Positions 42,062-53,242 of a DNA stretch of 64,000 nucleotides are shown in pieces (positions within the stretch are counted from its first letter, which is position 1; each line of letters opens with the position of its first letter). A program made the position numbers and the translations under genes. The notes beneath the pieces are model-generated. The model saw only the letters and a program-made list of their open reading frames with translations, searched no databases and was not told where the DNA came from. The stretch spans positions 300,306 through 364,305 of the forward strand of contig JBAZTR010000001.1 of assembly GCA_041661745.1 (NCBI GenBank). Reading direction: 5' to 3'. Source of the stretch: Patescibacteria group bacterium (lineage in GTDB: Bacteria; Patescibacteriota; Patescibacteriia; UBA9934; GWF2-40-263).

Positions 42062-42607
42062 ATGAAAAAACAAAAGCGAATCAAATACCTGATGACCGCC
42101 TTAATCGTCATTATGGTCGTGTCCGTAGGCTACCTTAGTCTGAACCAGTGTTACCAAAACAAAATGCAAAGACAACGAGTTGTCACGCAAGACGCTTTAA
42201 TTAAAAGCGAAGTGCAAACCGCCGTCAGCATGTTGCAGGGTATCTACGACAAGCATTTACAAGGGACATATTCCACAAGTCAGGCCGAAAAACTTGGAGC
42301 CGACCTTTTGCGAGGTTTGCGCTATAACGGCGACGGGTACTTCTTTGCCGACACTACCGAAGGCGTTAATGTGGTTCTTTTCGGCAGCGATGTTGAAGGT
42401 ACCAACCGCTTAGACGCAAGTTTGAATGGCGTTGATTACGTTAAGGAAATCTTGCTCAAAGGTACCGAAGCTGATGGTGGATATACCAATTACTGGTTTC
42501 CTAAAAAAGATGGCACCGAAGCCAAAGCCAAGCGTGCTTACAGTTTATTATTTGAACCGTTCGGTTGGGTTGTTGGAACCGGTTATTATCTGGAAGACAT
42601 AAAATAA
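42062..42607 (+). CDS. Stand-alone Cache domain protein
   Basis: TM then LRYNGDGYFF...GGYTNYWFPK...FEPFGWVVGTGYYLEDI. Confidence 0.85.
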   Translation: MKKQKRIKYLMTALIVIMVVSVGYLSLNQCYQNKMQRQRVVTQDALIKSEVQTAVSMLQGIYDKHLQGTYSTSQAEKLGADLLRGLRYNGDGYFFADTTEGVNVVLFGSDVEGTNRLDASLNGVDYVKEILLKGTEADGGYTNYWFPKKDGTEAKAKRAYSLLFEPFGWVVGTGYYLEDIK

Positions 42608-42691
42608 TTTTTTCAAAAAATCCGGGGCAAGACCCCGGTTTTTTGTTTTAAAAAAACTCGCTGTTGGTGACAGCGAGGCGAGGCATGGCCC

Positions 42692-43897
42692 CTAGAGCGG
42701 TTCTTGAGCCTTCCGCAAGTAGGCGTAGACGACGCCAAGACCGTTCAGGTCGGAGTCCAGGGCCAGGCGAGCGTGCGTGAGGAGGGCCACGACTCGCTCG
42801 GTGACCGGCGTCTTGAAATCGCAATCCAAGGACAACGAGAGCGAGTGGATGATGGCGTCGATGCCGTAGCCCAGATCGACGGTCGGGATTTCTCCCTTGA
42901 GTCGCCGCAAGGCCAGGACAACGGTCATGGCTTCGACGATCTCGCGCTTCACGATGAGGAGGAAGAGCGAACGCAGCGAACGCTCCATGACCACCTTGGC
43001 CTCGGCGTCGTTGCCGTGCTCGAGGAGTTGGGCGGCGTAGGCCGTCTCCCGGGCGACATGACTGAAGGTACGCCGGCCGAACGGAGCAAGCGAAACCGAG
43101 CCGCACCGGTTGGACAACCGCTCGAGCCGCTTCACCATGCCTGGCACACTCTTCGGAGCGAAGTGGCCGTCGGTGAACCTGGCCAGCATGCTGTCGAGTT
43201 CGTGTTCGACTTCGCTGCGGAACTGCCAGGCCTGGTCGAAGACCAGGAGAAGCGCGGTCTGGCGTTGGCCGATCCTGCCGGTGATCTTCCTCACCTCGAT
43301 CCGACGACGACCGAGGCGCCGTTCCGCGGCCCAGATCATTGGCGACAGAGCCGTATACGGAATTGCTTCCCAGCTCTGTTCCGCCCGTGTGGCGAGGTCG
43401 AGAGCCTCGATCTTGAACTTAGCCTGCCAGCGATGCCACCGCTGCACGAAATCGAGCAGATGGCCACGAACCTCTTCCCGCTCGGAAGGCGACGAGGTTT
43501 TCCGAACCACCCAGGTCATGGCCAGGATGATATCCAGACTGGCGGACGAGACCTCGAGGTCGTTGAGATCCTGCGCCTCGGTGCTCGGGATGTGTTCACC
43601 AGTGGCCCTGAGGGCGTCGAAGATGCCGTTGTTGTAGGTCCAGAACTTCACGAGTCCCTGTCGAGCCGAGCGGTTGGCCATGAGGATGGCCCCGCGCTTG
43701 ATGCAGTGTCCCTTGTCATCGGCGTCCACATACTTCACCTCTTCGGCGACAATGTAGACGCGCTCGTCGAGCACTACCTTGACCCGAAGATCGACATAGA
43801 CGTCCTTGGCCACGAGCAGGCGGCGCTCCACGACTGTGTTGTCGGGGTGCGCATCAGAACAAGTTTCGGCGCCAGTGGCGGGATTAAGTCGTGGCAA
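42692..43897 (-). CDS. GC-rich hypothetical protein (helical, no signal peptide)
   Basis: 401 aa; GGAG SD before a TTG start, promoter TTGACA-16-TATTCT (43964-43937), terminator at 42651-42678. Confidence 0.7.
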   Translation of the reverse strand: MPRLNPATGAETCSDAHPDNTVVERRLLVAKDVYVDLRVKVVLDERVYIVAEEVKYVDADDKGHCIKRGAILMANRSARQGLVKFWTYNNGIFDALRATGEHIPSTEAQDLNDLEVSSASLDIILAMTWVVRKTSSPSEREEVRGHLLDFVQRWHRWQAKFKIEALDLATRAEQSWEAIPYTALSPMIWAAERRLGRRRIEVRKITGRIGQRQTALLLVFDQAWQFRSEVEHELDSMLARFTDGHFAPKSVPGMVKRLERLSNRCGSVSLAPFGRRTFSHVARETAYAAQLLEHGNDAEAKVVMERSLRSLFLLIVKREIVEAMTVVLALRRLKGEIPTVDLGYGIDAIIHSLSLSLDCDFKTPVTERVVALLTHARLALDSDLNGLGVVYAYLRKAQEPL

Positions 43898-43974
43898 GAT
43901 TGACTCCGTGGGCTGAATGCCAAAATTGGCGCTTGAAGAATAACAAAAAAGACGGTTTTGTCAATCGTCTTCTG

Positions 43975-44024
43975 CCCTCTCCCCATCCCTCCCCCGTATG
44001 AGGCCATACGAGGGAGGGAGAATA
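43975..44024 (+). repeat. REP-like palindromic element
   Basis: Identical to 39754-39803. Confidence 0.85.
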
Positions 44025-44028
44025 ATTT

Positions 44029-45075
44029 TTATCTTAAATACAAAGCTCGATTTTGATTTTGTTCATCATTTGTCGCCGCGTAATGAACTTTGCCGTCGGC
44101 ATCAGTTAAAAAATACCAATAATTATTTTCTGTGGGATAAATTACCGCGTTGATGGCCGATAGACTGGGATTAGAAATTGGCCCGGGGGGCAAGTCACGA
44201 TATTTATAGGTGTTGTAAGGCGAATCAACCGAACGATCGACATCGGAAGTATAAGCTGTTTTGCCGTCACTCCCAACAACAAAATGAACAGTTGAGTCGG
44301 CCTGCAAAGCCATGCCAATATCAAGTCGCCGCCAAAAAATATCAGCCACTATGGCGCGGTCCTCGTCAGAAGTTACTTCCTTTTCAATAATCGAAGCAAG
44401 GGTCACGACATCGTGGACAGATTTACCCTGGCGAATAATTTCGGCCCGCAGCTCTGGTGAAAACTTTTTACTGAAATTGGTTAGGAGTTTATATGTCAAT
44501 TCGTCGGGAAAACCGCTCCGCGAAACGCGATAAGTATCGGGAAATAAATAACCCTCTAACGACTCTTCTTCTTCTAAAGCGCGACGAATAAGTTCGTGCT
44601 CAGATAAAAGAGAGGTTGCCTCCGGCCAGTCGATCTCGGCCAAACTGACTTTCCAATCATTACCCCAACCGTTACCAAAAACCGAATCAATTCGCTCGAC
44701 CATCTGGTCGATCGTCAAACCCTCGGGAAAAGTTATGGTAACTTCATCCGGCGTAATGTCGGTCAGCACATTCACCAGTGAAGCGTAATTCATGCCGGTC
44801 TGTAAAGTGAAATCACCCGGTTGAAACCGATGTTCGACGCCTGTGAACTTTACATAAAACCGAAAGCCCCAACGACTGGGAATTAAATCAGCTTCTTTTA
44901 AAGCCTGGGAAATCTCGCTGACACTTTCACCTGAAACCACGGTTAAAGAAACTTCCGAAGCGTTAGGCCCCGGAGAGCGCAGAAAAGCGTCCCAAACAAA
45001 AGAGGCCCCGACCACGGTCGTGACCAAAATCGCGACGCTGCAAAAAACTATAACGAGATTAATTAATCTACTCAT
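44029..45075 (-). CDS. mltG: Endolytic transglycosylase MltG
   Basis: LEGYLFPDTY, LASIIEKE, LQADSTV, SPYNTYKYRDLPPGPISNP. Confidence 0.93.
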   Translation of the reverse strand: MSRLINLVIVFCSVAILVTTVVGASFVWDAFLRSPGPNASEVSLTVVSGESVSEISQALKEADLIPSRWGFRFYVKFTGVEHRFQPGDFTLQTGMNYASLVNVLTDITPDEVTITFPEGLTIDQMVERIDSVFGNGWGNDWKVSLAEIDWPEATSLLSEHELIRRALEEEESLEGYLFPDTYRVSRSGFPDELTYKLLTNFSKKFSPELRAEIIRQGKSVHDVVTLASIIEKEVTSDEDRAIVADIFWRRLDIGMALQADSTVHFVVGSDGKTAYTSDVDRSVDSPYNTYKYRDLPPGPISNPSLSAINAVIYPTENNYWYFLTDADGKVHYAATNDEQNQNRALYLR

Positions 45076-46157
45076 AACAAATCGTGTTGTTCTTTTTTTT
45101 GAAGCTCGGAAATTATTTCTTTAACCCGTTGAGCCTGACTTTTTGGACAAACCAGCAAAGCGTCGCCAGTATCAACCACAACAATGTCGTTCATGCCAAG
45201 CACAGCCACAGTCTTCCCTTCTGGAGCGTAAATAAGTGAGCCGGTGGTTTCCACTAAAACGCTGTTACCTTTTACAACATTGCCACCATTATCACACAAA
45301 CGATCATAAAGTGTGTCCCAAGCACCAATGTCGCTCCAACCAAAATCGCCTTTTATAATTAAAACATCGTTCGGGTCCATTTTTTCGGTCACCGCATAAT
45401 CAAAAGATGTTTTTGGTAATCGGGAATACAAATCGCATATATCATCCGTAGGGGCACAAAATTTTGTGCCCCTACGGGCGATTTGTATTTTTCGTAAAAT
45501 TTCCGCCATTTCCGGCGCATATGTTTCAAACGCCTCCATAAACTTTCGCGGTGTCCACATGTAATACGAAGCGTGCCACAAGTACGAACCGTCTTCTAAA
45601 TATTTTTTAGCCACCTCAAACGGCGGTTTTTCGGTGTGACCTAAAAATTCGTAGACTTCGACGCTGTCACGAGTTTCAATTTTTTTTCCAAACTTGGTGT
45701 AACCAAGCACTGTGCTGGGAAAAGACGGCACTACCCCAATATCCAACATCTTACCGGTTTCCAAAATCAACTGTTCGCCAACTTTCAAACAATTCAAAAA
45801 TTTATCTTCATCGCCAATAAAGTGATCGGACGGAACAAAAACAATCGGTTCGTCCGGGTCGTCCAGCTCAAGAGTGGCGGCAACATAGCCCATGGCCGGA
45901 CCAGTGTCACGTTTTTCCGGCTCAACGATAATTTGCTTTTCCGGAAGATCAACAAAATTTTCACGCAAAGTTTTTTCCAAAGCCGCGGACACGGAAAAAT
46001 AAATCTTCTCGGCCGGAAACGACCGCAACAAACGACGATAAGTGTCGCGAATCAAGGGCTCCGCGGAAACCAACTCGCAAAATTGTTTTGGTTTGGCCGC
46101 CCGGCTCATGGGCCAAAGTCTTGTTCCCGAACCGCCGGCAAGAATTACAGCTTTCAT
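45072..46157 (-). CDS. manC: Mannose-1-phosphate guanylyltransferase
   Basis: VILAGGSGTRLWPMSR..PKQF, PSDH, SFDYAVTEK, WSDIGAW. Confidence 0.92.
   Translation of the reverse strand: MKAVILAGGSGTRLWPMSRAAKPKQFCELVSAEPLIRDTYRRLLRSFPAEKIYFSVSAALEKTLRENFVDLPEKQIIVEPEKRDTGPAMGYVAATLELDDPDEPIVFVPSDHFIGDEDKFLNCLKVGEQLILETGKMLDIGVVPSFPSTVLGYTKFGKKIETRDSVEVYEFLGHTEKPPFEVAKKYLEDGSYLWHASYYMWTPRKFMEAFETYAPEMAEILRKIQIARRGTKFCAPTDDICDLYSRLPKTSFDYAVTEKMDPNDVLIIKGDFGWSDIGAWDTLYDRLCDNGGNVVKGNSVLVETTGSLIYAPEGKTVAVLGMNDIVVVDTGDALLVCPKSQAQRVKEIISELQKKEQHDLL
45447..45476. repeat. GTAG-type REP palindrome inserted in frame in manC
   Basis: Perfect 30-bp palindrome cgtaggggcacaaaattttgtgcccctacg, identical at 61422-61451. 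Confidence 0.85.
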
Positions 46158-46160
46158 AAA

Positions 46161-46649
46161 TTACAGAATAAAATGAGTCACAAAAGTTGCCACCGTTATA
46201 CCCAAAACAGCTCCGCCAATTATATCGCTAACATAATGAACGCCAACGGCAATACGACAAAAAGCGATTAAGGCCGCCAAAATAAAAAACAAACTTCCCA
46301 AAAGCGGATCATAAGCAAAAACCGCCGCGGCCATTCCACAAGATAAGGAGGTGTGCCCCGAAGGAAACGATGGGGTGCGCCACAAAAGATTCATCAATGG
46401 TTTTTCATGGTTCTGTTGAAACGGCCGATGGCGATTAAACAAATAGGCAATCGCCAGCTGGAGGATCCAAGTGAAAGCCACTGACAAAAGAACCGGAACA
46501 ATTCTTCCGGTCACAAGGCTCCATAAAAAAACCGCCGCGGCTAAAAGCCAAATTAATTTCGTTGCCCCAAAAACCGCTAACCAAGAAAAAAAATCTGAAT
46601 GCTTGGTCGCTAAAAAAACCTTCTCCGCAATTTTTTTATCTAAACTCAT
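46161..46649 (-). CDS. PAP2 family phosphatase
   Basis: RHRP, PSFPSGH, RIAVGVHYVSD. Confidence 0.92.
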   Translation of the reverse strand: MSLDKKIAEKVFLATKHSDFFSWLAVFGATKLIWLLAAAVFLWSLVTGRIVPVLLSVAFTWILQLAIAYLFNRHRPFQQNHEKPLMNLLWRTPSFPSGHTSLSCGMAAAVFAYDPLLGSLFFILAALIAFCRIAVGVHYVSDIIGGAVLGITVATFVTHFIL

Positions 46650-48238
46650 AAAAGGTTCACGCCGGACATTTCCGGTGGCGGAGTAATTTTCATTATGGCC
46701 AAGGCGGTTGGCGCGACATCAGCCAACATTCCCACGGTTTGTAATAACGAAAGATCACCCTCAACCACTTCGCCAGTCGGCCCAACTTTGCCTGCCAAAC
46801 TTTCCGAGATAATGAGAAACGGAACCGGATTGGTTGAATGTTCCTTATCCATTTCACCGGTACGTAAATTTTTAACTTCTTCGGCATTGCCGTGATCAGC
46901 TGTAACCAATAATGCTCCGCCTTTGGCCAAAATTGCTTCAGACAATCGACCCAAGCAATCATCGGTCGCTTCGTTGGCCTTAACCGTGGCCTCAAAATCC
47001 CCGGTATGGGCCACCATATCAGGCGCGGCAAAATTCATAACAATAAAATCAAATTTTTCGCTGTTGATTTCTTTAATCACGCGATCGGTTATTTCGTAAG
47101 TACTCATGGCTGGCGTTTGATCGTAAGTGGCAACACGCGGCGAAGGAACAATAATTCGTTCTTCGCCCGGGAAAGGTTCTTCCCTTGTTCCATTCAAAAA
47201 GAAAGTCACGTGAGCGTATTTTTCCGTTTCAGCAATATGCAGTTGTTTTAAACCAGCGGCCGAAATTACCTCAGCTAAAGAATTGACAATCGCCTCCGGT
47301 GGAATAGCTACCTCGACTGGCAAACCTTTTTCGTATTCAGTCATGGTCACGGGAAAAATATTGTTCAAACGCGGCCGAGGAAACTTATCAAAATCCGGCA
47401 AAACAAACGCCTTAACCAATTGACGCATGCGATCCGGACGAAAATTGAAAAAGATTATGGCGTCGTTATCCTTAACTGTTGCCACCGGCGCGCCGTCTTT
47501 AAGCAAAACTGTTGGCACAAACTGCTCGTCAAAAACTTCTTTGCTGTAAGAAAGTTTGATTGCCTCCAAAGGGTCTTCGGCGGTTTCACCCTGTCCCAGG
47601 ACCATGGCGTTATACGCTTTTTCCGTGCGCTCAGCGCGGTTGTCGCGATCCATGGCATAAAAACGACCAGAAAGACTGGCAATTTTTCCAACCTTGGTTT
47701 CTTTAATTTTGTTTTGCAAATTTTGAATAAAATCAATCGCGGCGTTATAAACCGTATCGCGACCATCAAGAATAGCGTGAACAAAAACGCGATCAAACTT
47801 TTCCTTTTTGGCCAATTCCAAAAGAGCATAGCAGTGTTCGTCCAGAGAATGAACGCGACCAGTTGAAACCAACCCAATCAAATGAACGGCGCTATTATTT
47901 TTTTTGGCGTGTTCGATGGCCGCCAAAAAAGTTTTTTCCTTAAAAAAATCTCCGGTGGCAATTTCCCGATTAATGCGCGGCAGCGACTGATAATAAACAC
48001 GACCGGCCCCAATGGCCAAGTGCCCAACTTCGGAATTACCCATTTCACCCCACGACAAACCAACTTCTTCACCGCTAGAGCGCAGCATCATGGCCGGATA
48101 ATTCTGAATTATTTTTTTGAAATTTGGCATCTTGGCCCGAGTTACGGCGTTGCCGTCAGCGTCGGGGGCAATACCAAAACCGTCCACGATTAGTAGAACC
48201 ACTGGTTTGGGACGATTATTTTCTTGTGTGTCAGGCAT
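46646..48238 (-). CDS. gpmI: 2,3-bisphosphoglycerate-independent phosphoglycerate mutase
   Basis: [33 protein letters not shown]. Confidence 0.96.
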   Translation of the reverse strand: MPDTQENNRPKPVVLLIVDGFGIAPDADGNAVTRAKMPNFKKIIQNYPAMMLRSSGEEVGLSWGEMGNSEVGHLAIGAGRVYYQSLPRINREIATGDFFKEKTFLAAIEHAKKNNSAVHLIGLVSTGRVHSLDEHCYALLELAKKEKFDRVFVHAILDGRDTVYNAAIDFIQNLQNKIKETKVGKIASLSGRFYAMDRDNRAERTEKAYNAMVLGQGETAEDPLEAIKLSYSKEVFDEQFVPTVLLKDGAPVATVKDNDAIIFFNFRPDRMRQLVKAFVLPDFDKFPRPRLNNIFPVTMTEYEKGLPVEVAIPPEAIVNSLAEVISAAGLKQLHIAETEKYAHVTFFLNGTREEPFPGEERIIVPSPRVATYDQTPAMSTYEITDRVIKEINSEKFDFIVMNFAAPDMVAHTGDFEATVKANEATDDCLGRLSEAILAKGGALLVTADHGNAEEVKNLRTGEMDKEHSTNPVPFLIISESLAGKVGPTGEVVEGDLSLLQTVGMLADVAPTALAIMKITPPPEMSGVNLL

Positions 48239-49490
48239 AAAGCTCTTCTTCTACCTCCATTAAACGATTATATTTTTCCACGCGCTCGGAACGGGACAAG
48301 GAACCGGTTTTGATAAACTCGGCGTTAACGGCCACAGCCAAATCGGCAATTGTTGTGTCAGAAGTTTCGCCAGAACGGTGCGAAACAGAAACTTTGTACC
48401 CGACCTGCTTAGCCAAAAAGATCGCTTCCATGGTTTCGGTTAAAGTTCCGATCTGATTTAACTTAATCAGAATGGCGTTACCGGATTTTTCAGCAATTCC
48501 TTTTTTGAGACGCTCGACGTTGGTGACAAAAAAGTCATCACCGACCAGGGCAATTTTGTCACCCAACTCTTTGGTAAGTTTTTTCCAACCAGCCCAGTCG
48601 TCTTCGGCCAAACCATCTTCCAAAGAAACGATTGGATATTTTTTAACCCACTTTTGCCACATGGCAATCATTTGCTCGGCGGTTTTTTGGCCACCGCCTT
48701 TTTTTAACTGATATTTTTTCGTTTTTGGATTATACAATTCGGACGTAGCCGGATCAAGGGCAAAAGCAACATCCTTACCCGGGCGATAACCAGCCGCCTT
48801 AACAGCTTTCATAAGCCATTGCAACGCGGCCTCGTTTGTTTTAAATGGAACAGCAAAACCGCCTTCATCCCCCACGCCAACCGGAAAGCCGGCTTTCTTA
48901 AGTAATACGCCGAGAGCATGAAAAACTTCCGCGCCACAACGTACCCTTTCGCGCAAAGTCTTTTGTTGCGGGACAATCATGAATTCCTGAAAATCAAGAC
49001 ACCAACCGGCATGGGCTCCACCATTTAAAACATTCATGGTCGGGTGTGGCAAACGAAAGGTTTTATCTTTAACATCAAAAGCAAAACGTAAATATTGATA
49101 GAGCGGCATTTTTTTGTGTCGAGCCGCAGCGTGAGCACAAGCCAAAGAAACACCTAAAATGGCGTTAGCCCCCAAACGCGATTTATTTAACGTGCCGTCG
49201 AGCATGATAAGTTTCTTATCAATTTCCTGCTGACGCATAACATCAAAACCAGTCAATTCTGGGGCAATAATTTTGTTGACATTGCGGACGGCTTTCAAAA
49301 CTCCTTTTCCGCCATAACGATTTTTGTCACCGTCGCGAAGCTCCAGGGCCTCGTGGACACCGGTCGAAGCGCCGCTCGGAACCGCAGCTGAACCAATGGT
49401 GCCATCGGTTAACAACACCGTAACCTTAAGCGTTGGATTACCGCGTGAATCCAAAATTTCGTGAGCGTGAACGGTTTCAATTTTTGACAT
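48231..49490 (-). CDS. eno: Enolase
   Basis: [33 protein letters not shown]. Confidence 0.97.
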   Translation of the reverse strand: MSKIETVHAHEILDSRGNPTLKVTVLLTDGTIGSAAVPSGASTGVHEALELRDGDKNRYGGKGVLKAVRNVNKIIAPELTGFDVMRQQEIDKKLIMLDGTLNKSRLGANAILGVSLACAHAAARHKKMPLYQYLRFAFDVKDKTFRLPHPTMNVLNGGAHAGWCLDFQEFMIVPQQKTLRERVRCGAEVFHALGVLLKKAGFPVGVGDEGGFAVPFKTNEAALQWLMKAVKAAGYRPGKDVAFALDPATSELYNPKTKKYQLKKGGGQKTAEQMIAMWQKWVKKYPIVSLEDGLAEDDWAGWKKLTKELGDKIALVGDDFFVTNVERLKKGIAEKSGNAILIKLNQIGTLTETMEAIFLAKQVGYKVSVSHRSGETSDTTIADLAVAVNAEFIKTGSLSRSERVEKYNRLMEVEEELYA

Positions 49491-49491
49491 A

Positions 49492-50679
49492 CTAATTTTC
49501 TAAAGCGATTAAACCTGGTAATTTTTTTCCAGCTAAGAACTCCAGCATAGCTCCGCCACCAGTTGAGACTAAAGTAAAACTCTCGGCTAAATTTACTTCT
49601 TCAATCATTGGTACAGTATCGCCGCCACCAACCACGGTTTTGGCCTTACCGGTCCGAGCGGCAATGGCCTTAATTAAAGCCTGCGTTCCGGAACAAAAAT
49701 TTTTGACTTCGCAATATCCAAGCGGTCCATTCCAAACAATGGTTCGAGCCGTCTCGATCGTCTCGATCAAACCGGCCAAAGTTTTTCTACCTATATCAAT
49801 AATAATATCCTTTTCATCAACCTCTTCAATAGCGACTAATTTTAATTTAGCTTGAGTACTTAAACGGCGAGCTACACAAACATCAACCGGAAGAACAATT
49901 TTTTCAGACCACTTTTTTAAAATATTTTTGGCGGACGACACGCCATCTTTGTCAAAAGCCGATTTACCAATTTCTTTCCCTTGGGCCACAAAAAAAGCAT
50001 TGGCTAAAGCGCCACCAATAAAAACTTTATCAACTCGTGGTAGCAAGGCTTCCAAAACCGGTAACTTGTCAGCCATTTTTAAACCACCGGACACCAAAAT
50101 AAACGGCCGTTTTGGTTTAGTTTCAAAAAGTGATTCAAGCACGGAAACTTCGTGGTTCAAAAGTGGACCGGCGTAAGACGGCAGTTCCTCGGTAATTGCA
50201 TCAACTGAAGCGTGAGCGCGATGCGAAACAGCAAAAGCGTCATTAATATAAATATCACCCAAAGCCGCCAACTGTGTGGCAAAGGCTTTGCTGTTTTGTT
50301 CTTCGCCCGGATTAAACCGTAAGTTTTCCAACAAAATAATGTCGCCGTCGTGCATGCTCTCAATTAAGCGAACAGCTTTTTCGCCCACCACATCGCGGCA
50401 AAGTTTCACCTTGGTGCCAAACAATTCGCTTAAACGCTTGGCAATGGGGGCGTTGGAAAAAGCCGCCACCCGTTTACCACCCGGCCGACCACGATGCGAC
50501 AAAACGATAATTTTGGCTCCATGTTGGCGCAGCCATTCCAAATCAACCGCGGCGCGGGCGATGCGGCCTTGTGGGCCATCAATCGCTTTACCGTGTTTAA
50601 CCGGCACGTTGCCGTCGATTCTAACTAGCACGCGCTTACTGCGAAGATTATCGGGACTGGTTAAACGGCGCAGTTTCAT
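49492..50679 (-). CDS. pgk: Phosphoglycerate kinase
   Basis: [35 protein letters not shown]. Confidence 0.96.
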   Translation of the reverse strand: MKLRRLTSPDNLRSKRVLVRIDGNVPVKHGKAIDGPQGRIARAAVDLEWLRQHGAKIIVLSHRGRPGGKRVAAFSNAPIAKRLSELFGTKVKLCRDVVGEKAVRLIESMHDGDIILLENLRFNPGEEQNSKAFATQLAALGDIYINDAFAVSHRAHASVDAITEELPSYAGPLLNHEVSVLESLFETKPKRPFILVSGGLKMADKLPVLEALLPRVDKVFIGGALANAFFVAQGKEIGKSAFDKDGVSSAKNILKKWSEKIVLPVDVCVARRLSTQAKLKLVAIEEVDEKDIIIDIGRKTLAGLIETIETARTIVWNGPLGYCEVKNFCSGTQALIKAIAARTGKAKTVVGGGDTVPMIEEVNLAESFTLVSTGGGAMLEFLAGKKLPGLIALEN

Positions 50680-50709
50680 AAGTACTTATAGGGTACACTT
50701 TTAAGGTGG

Positions 50710-51615
50710 CTATTTCAACTCCAAAATAACAATCTCCGGAGGATTAAAAAGGCGCGCCCGCGGTCCGGTTTCGCCGAGACCTGAAGTAACAAAAAGTTTG
50801 GTTCCGGAAAAATCAAAAAGTCCTTTGCTGTATTCTTTAGACAAAACTGTGGGAACAGAAGAAACTGAACCAACAAAAGGCAACCGGATTTGCCCACCGT
50901 GTGCATGCCCCGAAACAATCAAAGCAACTTTTGAACTTTCAATATTAAAAACCGCATCTGGGTTGTGCGACATTAATATAACCGTTTCGTCGGGACAACT
51001 ATTCACAGTTTCACTAACGACACCGCCGTTCCACAAATCATTAACCCCGGCCAAACAAAAAAACTTTTCATCAGATATTTTAATCTCAGCAGAAGAATCA
51101 ATTAGAACCGTTATCCCCAGGGCTTGGAGTTTATTTTTTATTTCATCTGGCAGCTCGGCTTCAAAGTCATGATTTCCTAAAACCGCAAAAACACCCAAAG
51201 GGGCGGAAAGTTCGGCTAAAGCGTTTAAATCTTCGGCCTCACCTAAATATCCAAAAACATAATCACCGAGTAGCAAAACCAAATCAGGTTTTTGTTTATT
51301 GGTTTTTTCCACAACCTCTTCAACCCAGCCACCTCCTTTGTAAGGGCCGACATGCAAATCAGAAAGAAGCGCGACTTTAATTGACTGATCGATTCCCTCT
51401 ACTTCAATTTTCTCTTGATTAACCACTAAAAGTCTTGGTTCAATAAAGCTACCGTAAAAAATCACGCTCCAAGAAAAAAATAAAACAATGACCACTAATA
51501 AAAGGAGCCATTGCTTTAAAATTTTTCGACCGAATTTTGTAACAATATCAATCAGAGCCGCCCCGACCACGACTAAAAAAACCCAAATTACCGCTTCAAA
51601 CATCAACCACAACAT
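50710..51615 (-). CDS. Membrane-anchored metallophosphoesterase
   Basis: SDLH, GDY, LGNHD, SHNPD, SGHAHGGQ. Confidence 0.9.
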   Translation of the reverse strand: MLWLMFEAVIWVFLVVVGAALIDIVTKFGRKILKQWLLLLVVIVLFFSWSVIFYGSFIEPRLLVVNQEKIEVEGIDQSIKVALLSDLHVGPYKGGGWVEEVVEKTNKQKPDLVLLLGDYVFGYLGEAEDLNALAELSAPLGVFAVLGNHDFEAELPDEIKNKLQALGITVLIDSSAEIKISDEKFFCLAGVNDLWNGGVVSETVNSCPDETVILMSHNPDAVFNIESSKVALIVSGHAHGGQIRLPFVGSVSSVPTVLSKEYSKGLFDFSGTKLFVTSGLGETGPRARLFNPPEIVILELK

Positions 51616-51621
51616 AGCCGG

Positions 51622-52626
51622 TTATTTACCGACAAACATGGCCAGATCCATAAGTCGCATCGAATACCCCCATTCGTTGTCATACCAAGCCAGAACCTTA
51701 ACCATATCGCCATCAACCACCCGAGTCATTTCCAAATCAACAACCGATGAACATGACTCATGAATAAAGTCAGAAGAAACTAATGGTTCGTCCGAGGCTT
51801 TCAAAATTCCCTTCCAGCGTGGTGATTTAGCCGCCTGTTTAAAAACCGCGTTAACTTCTTCGACCGTGGTATTTTTCTTTAAAAGAAAAGTGAAGTCAGA
51901 CAACGAAACATCAATGGTTGGCACCCGAACTGCTAAACCATCAAACTTACCCTTAAGAGTTGGAACAACTTCGCCAGTGGCTTTGGCCGCACCGGTTGAA
52001 GTCGGGACAATATTAATCAAAGCTGCGCGAGCGCGACGCATATCCGGGTGCATTTTTGGTGGCAAACCGTCAACAATATTTTGTTCAGCCGTAACCGAGT
52101 GAATTGTCGTCATCATGGCTTTTTTGATTCCAAAGGCTTCCTCCATAATCGCTGCCACTGGAGCAATGGAGTTGGTGGTGCAAGAAGCATTGTTAATAAT
52201 CTTGTCAGATTTTTTATAATCCTTGTGGTTCACGCCCATAAGGTAAGTCGGCACCTCCTTAGCTGGCGCGGAAATAACCACCTTCTTGGCCCCAGCCGTA
52301 AGATGAGCCGAAGCCGCGGTTTTGTCGGCAAAGCGACCGGTGCATTCTAAAACCACATCAACTTTGTATTCCCCCCACGGCAACTTGGTCGGCTCGGTTT
52401 CGGCGATGACCGGAATTTTTTTACCATCAATAATCAAATGTTTGGCATCAAAAGAAACCTTGTGTGGCCATTCACGAAAAACCGAATCGTATTTTAAAAG
52501 ATGAGCAAGAATTTTTGGTTCGGTTAAATCGTTGATGGCCACAAACTCAACACCCTTGCGTTCAAAACCGGCCTTGAAAACCGTGCGGCCGATACGACCG
52601 AAACCGTTAATGGCAATGCGAATCAT
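51622..52626 (-). CDS. gap: Glyceraldehyde-3-phosphate dehydrogenase
   Basis: INGFGRIGR, NASCTTN, WYDNEWGYS. Confidence 0.97.
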   Translation of the reverse strand: MIRIAINGFGRIGRTVFKAGFERKGVEFVAINDLTEPKILAHLLKYDSVFREWPHKVSFDAKHLIIDGKKIPVIAETEPTKLPWGEYKVDVVLECTGRFADKTAASAHLTAGAKKVVISAPAKEVPTYLMGVNHKDYKKSDKIINNASCTTNSIAPVAAIMEEAFGIKKAMMTTIHSVTAEQNIVDGLPPKMHPDMRRARAALINIVPTSTGAAKATGEVVPTLKGKFDGLAVRVPTIDVSLSDFTFLLKKNTTVEEVNAVFKQAAKSPRWKGILKASDEPLVSSDFIHESCSSVVDLEMTRVVDGDMVKVLAWYDNEWGYSMRLMDLAMFVGK

Positions 52627-52806
52627 ATTTGTTTATTAAGGACACGAGTATGTAGTGTGTAGTAGGTAGGCAGAGGCTTAGTTAGTTTCCGCCTACATAC
52701 TACCTACTACGTACTCTGGCCTAGATTAAATCTGAGACAATTTTAACACAAAACCGCCAGGTTCGCACCTGACAGTTGTGTATGAATTTTTCAGACAATA
52801 CTTACC

Positions 52807-52835
52807 TTGACAGGAGGGGAAAAAATCCATAAGAT
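52807..52835 (+). promoter_or_regulatory. Sigma70 promoter
   Basis: TTGACA-17bp-TAAGAT. Confidence 0.65.
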
Positions 52836-52882
52836 GGCCGCGACTTCCGACACTCCAGCCGGAAATGCAAGAGAGGCCCCAC

Positions 52883-53242
52883 ATGCCCCGAACCCTAACC
52901 TTGGAAGAACAGAAGAGGCTTCTGGTCGGTCTCGCTGATGGAGACAAGAACGTTCCGGGTTCCATCGATCCAGACGAAGACGTCTCCGATGAGGACGGCA
53001 ACCTCGTCTTCGATGCCGGGTACTTCTTCGAGGCCGGCATCTGGAAGGATCTGGGAGCGGCCATGGCCGCCATGGTAGAGCTCTTCGGGCGGAAGAGTGT
53101 GGTTGTCCAGTGCCTTCCGATCGAGGGCAACGACACCGCCATGATCATCGAGTTCGTCTCCGTGCCCGACGATCTCAAGATCCCCGACATCGACGTCGAC
53201 CCCGACGACGAGGAAGACGAAGAGGAGGACGAGGAGGACTAG
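52883..53242 (+). CDS. GC-rich acidic hypothetical protein
   Basis: Start at MPRTLTLEE with GAGAGG upstream; D/E tail; terminator at 53267-53298. Confidence 0.7.
   Translation: MPRTLTLEEQKRLLVGLADGDKNVPGSIDPDEDVSDEDGNLVFDAGYFFEAGIWKDLGAAMAAMVELFGRKSVVVQCLPIEGNDTAMIIEFVSVPDDLKIPDIDVDPDDEEDEEEDEED

Noticed and set aside
46646-52626. tpiA absent from the glycolysis cluster
   Set aside because: Gene order varies between genomes and tpiA may lie outside the window.
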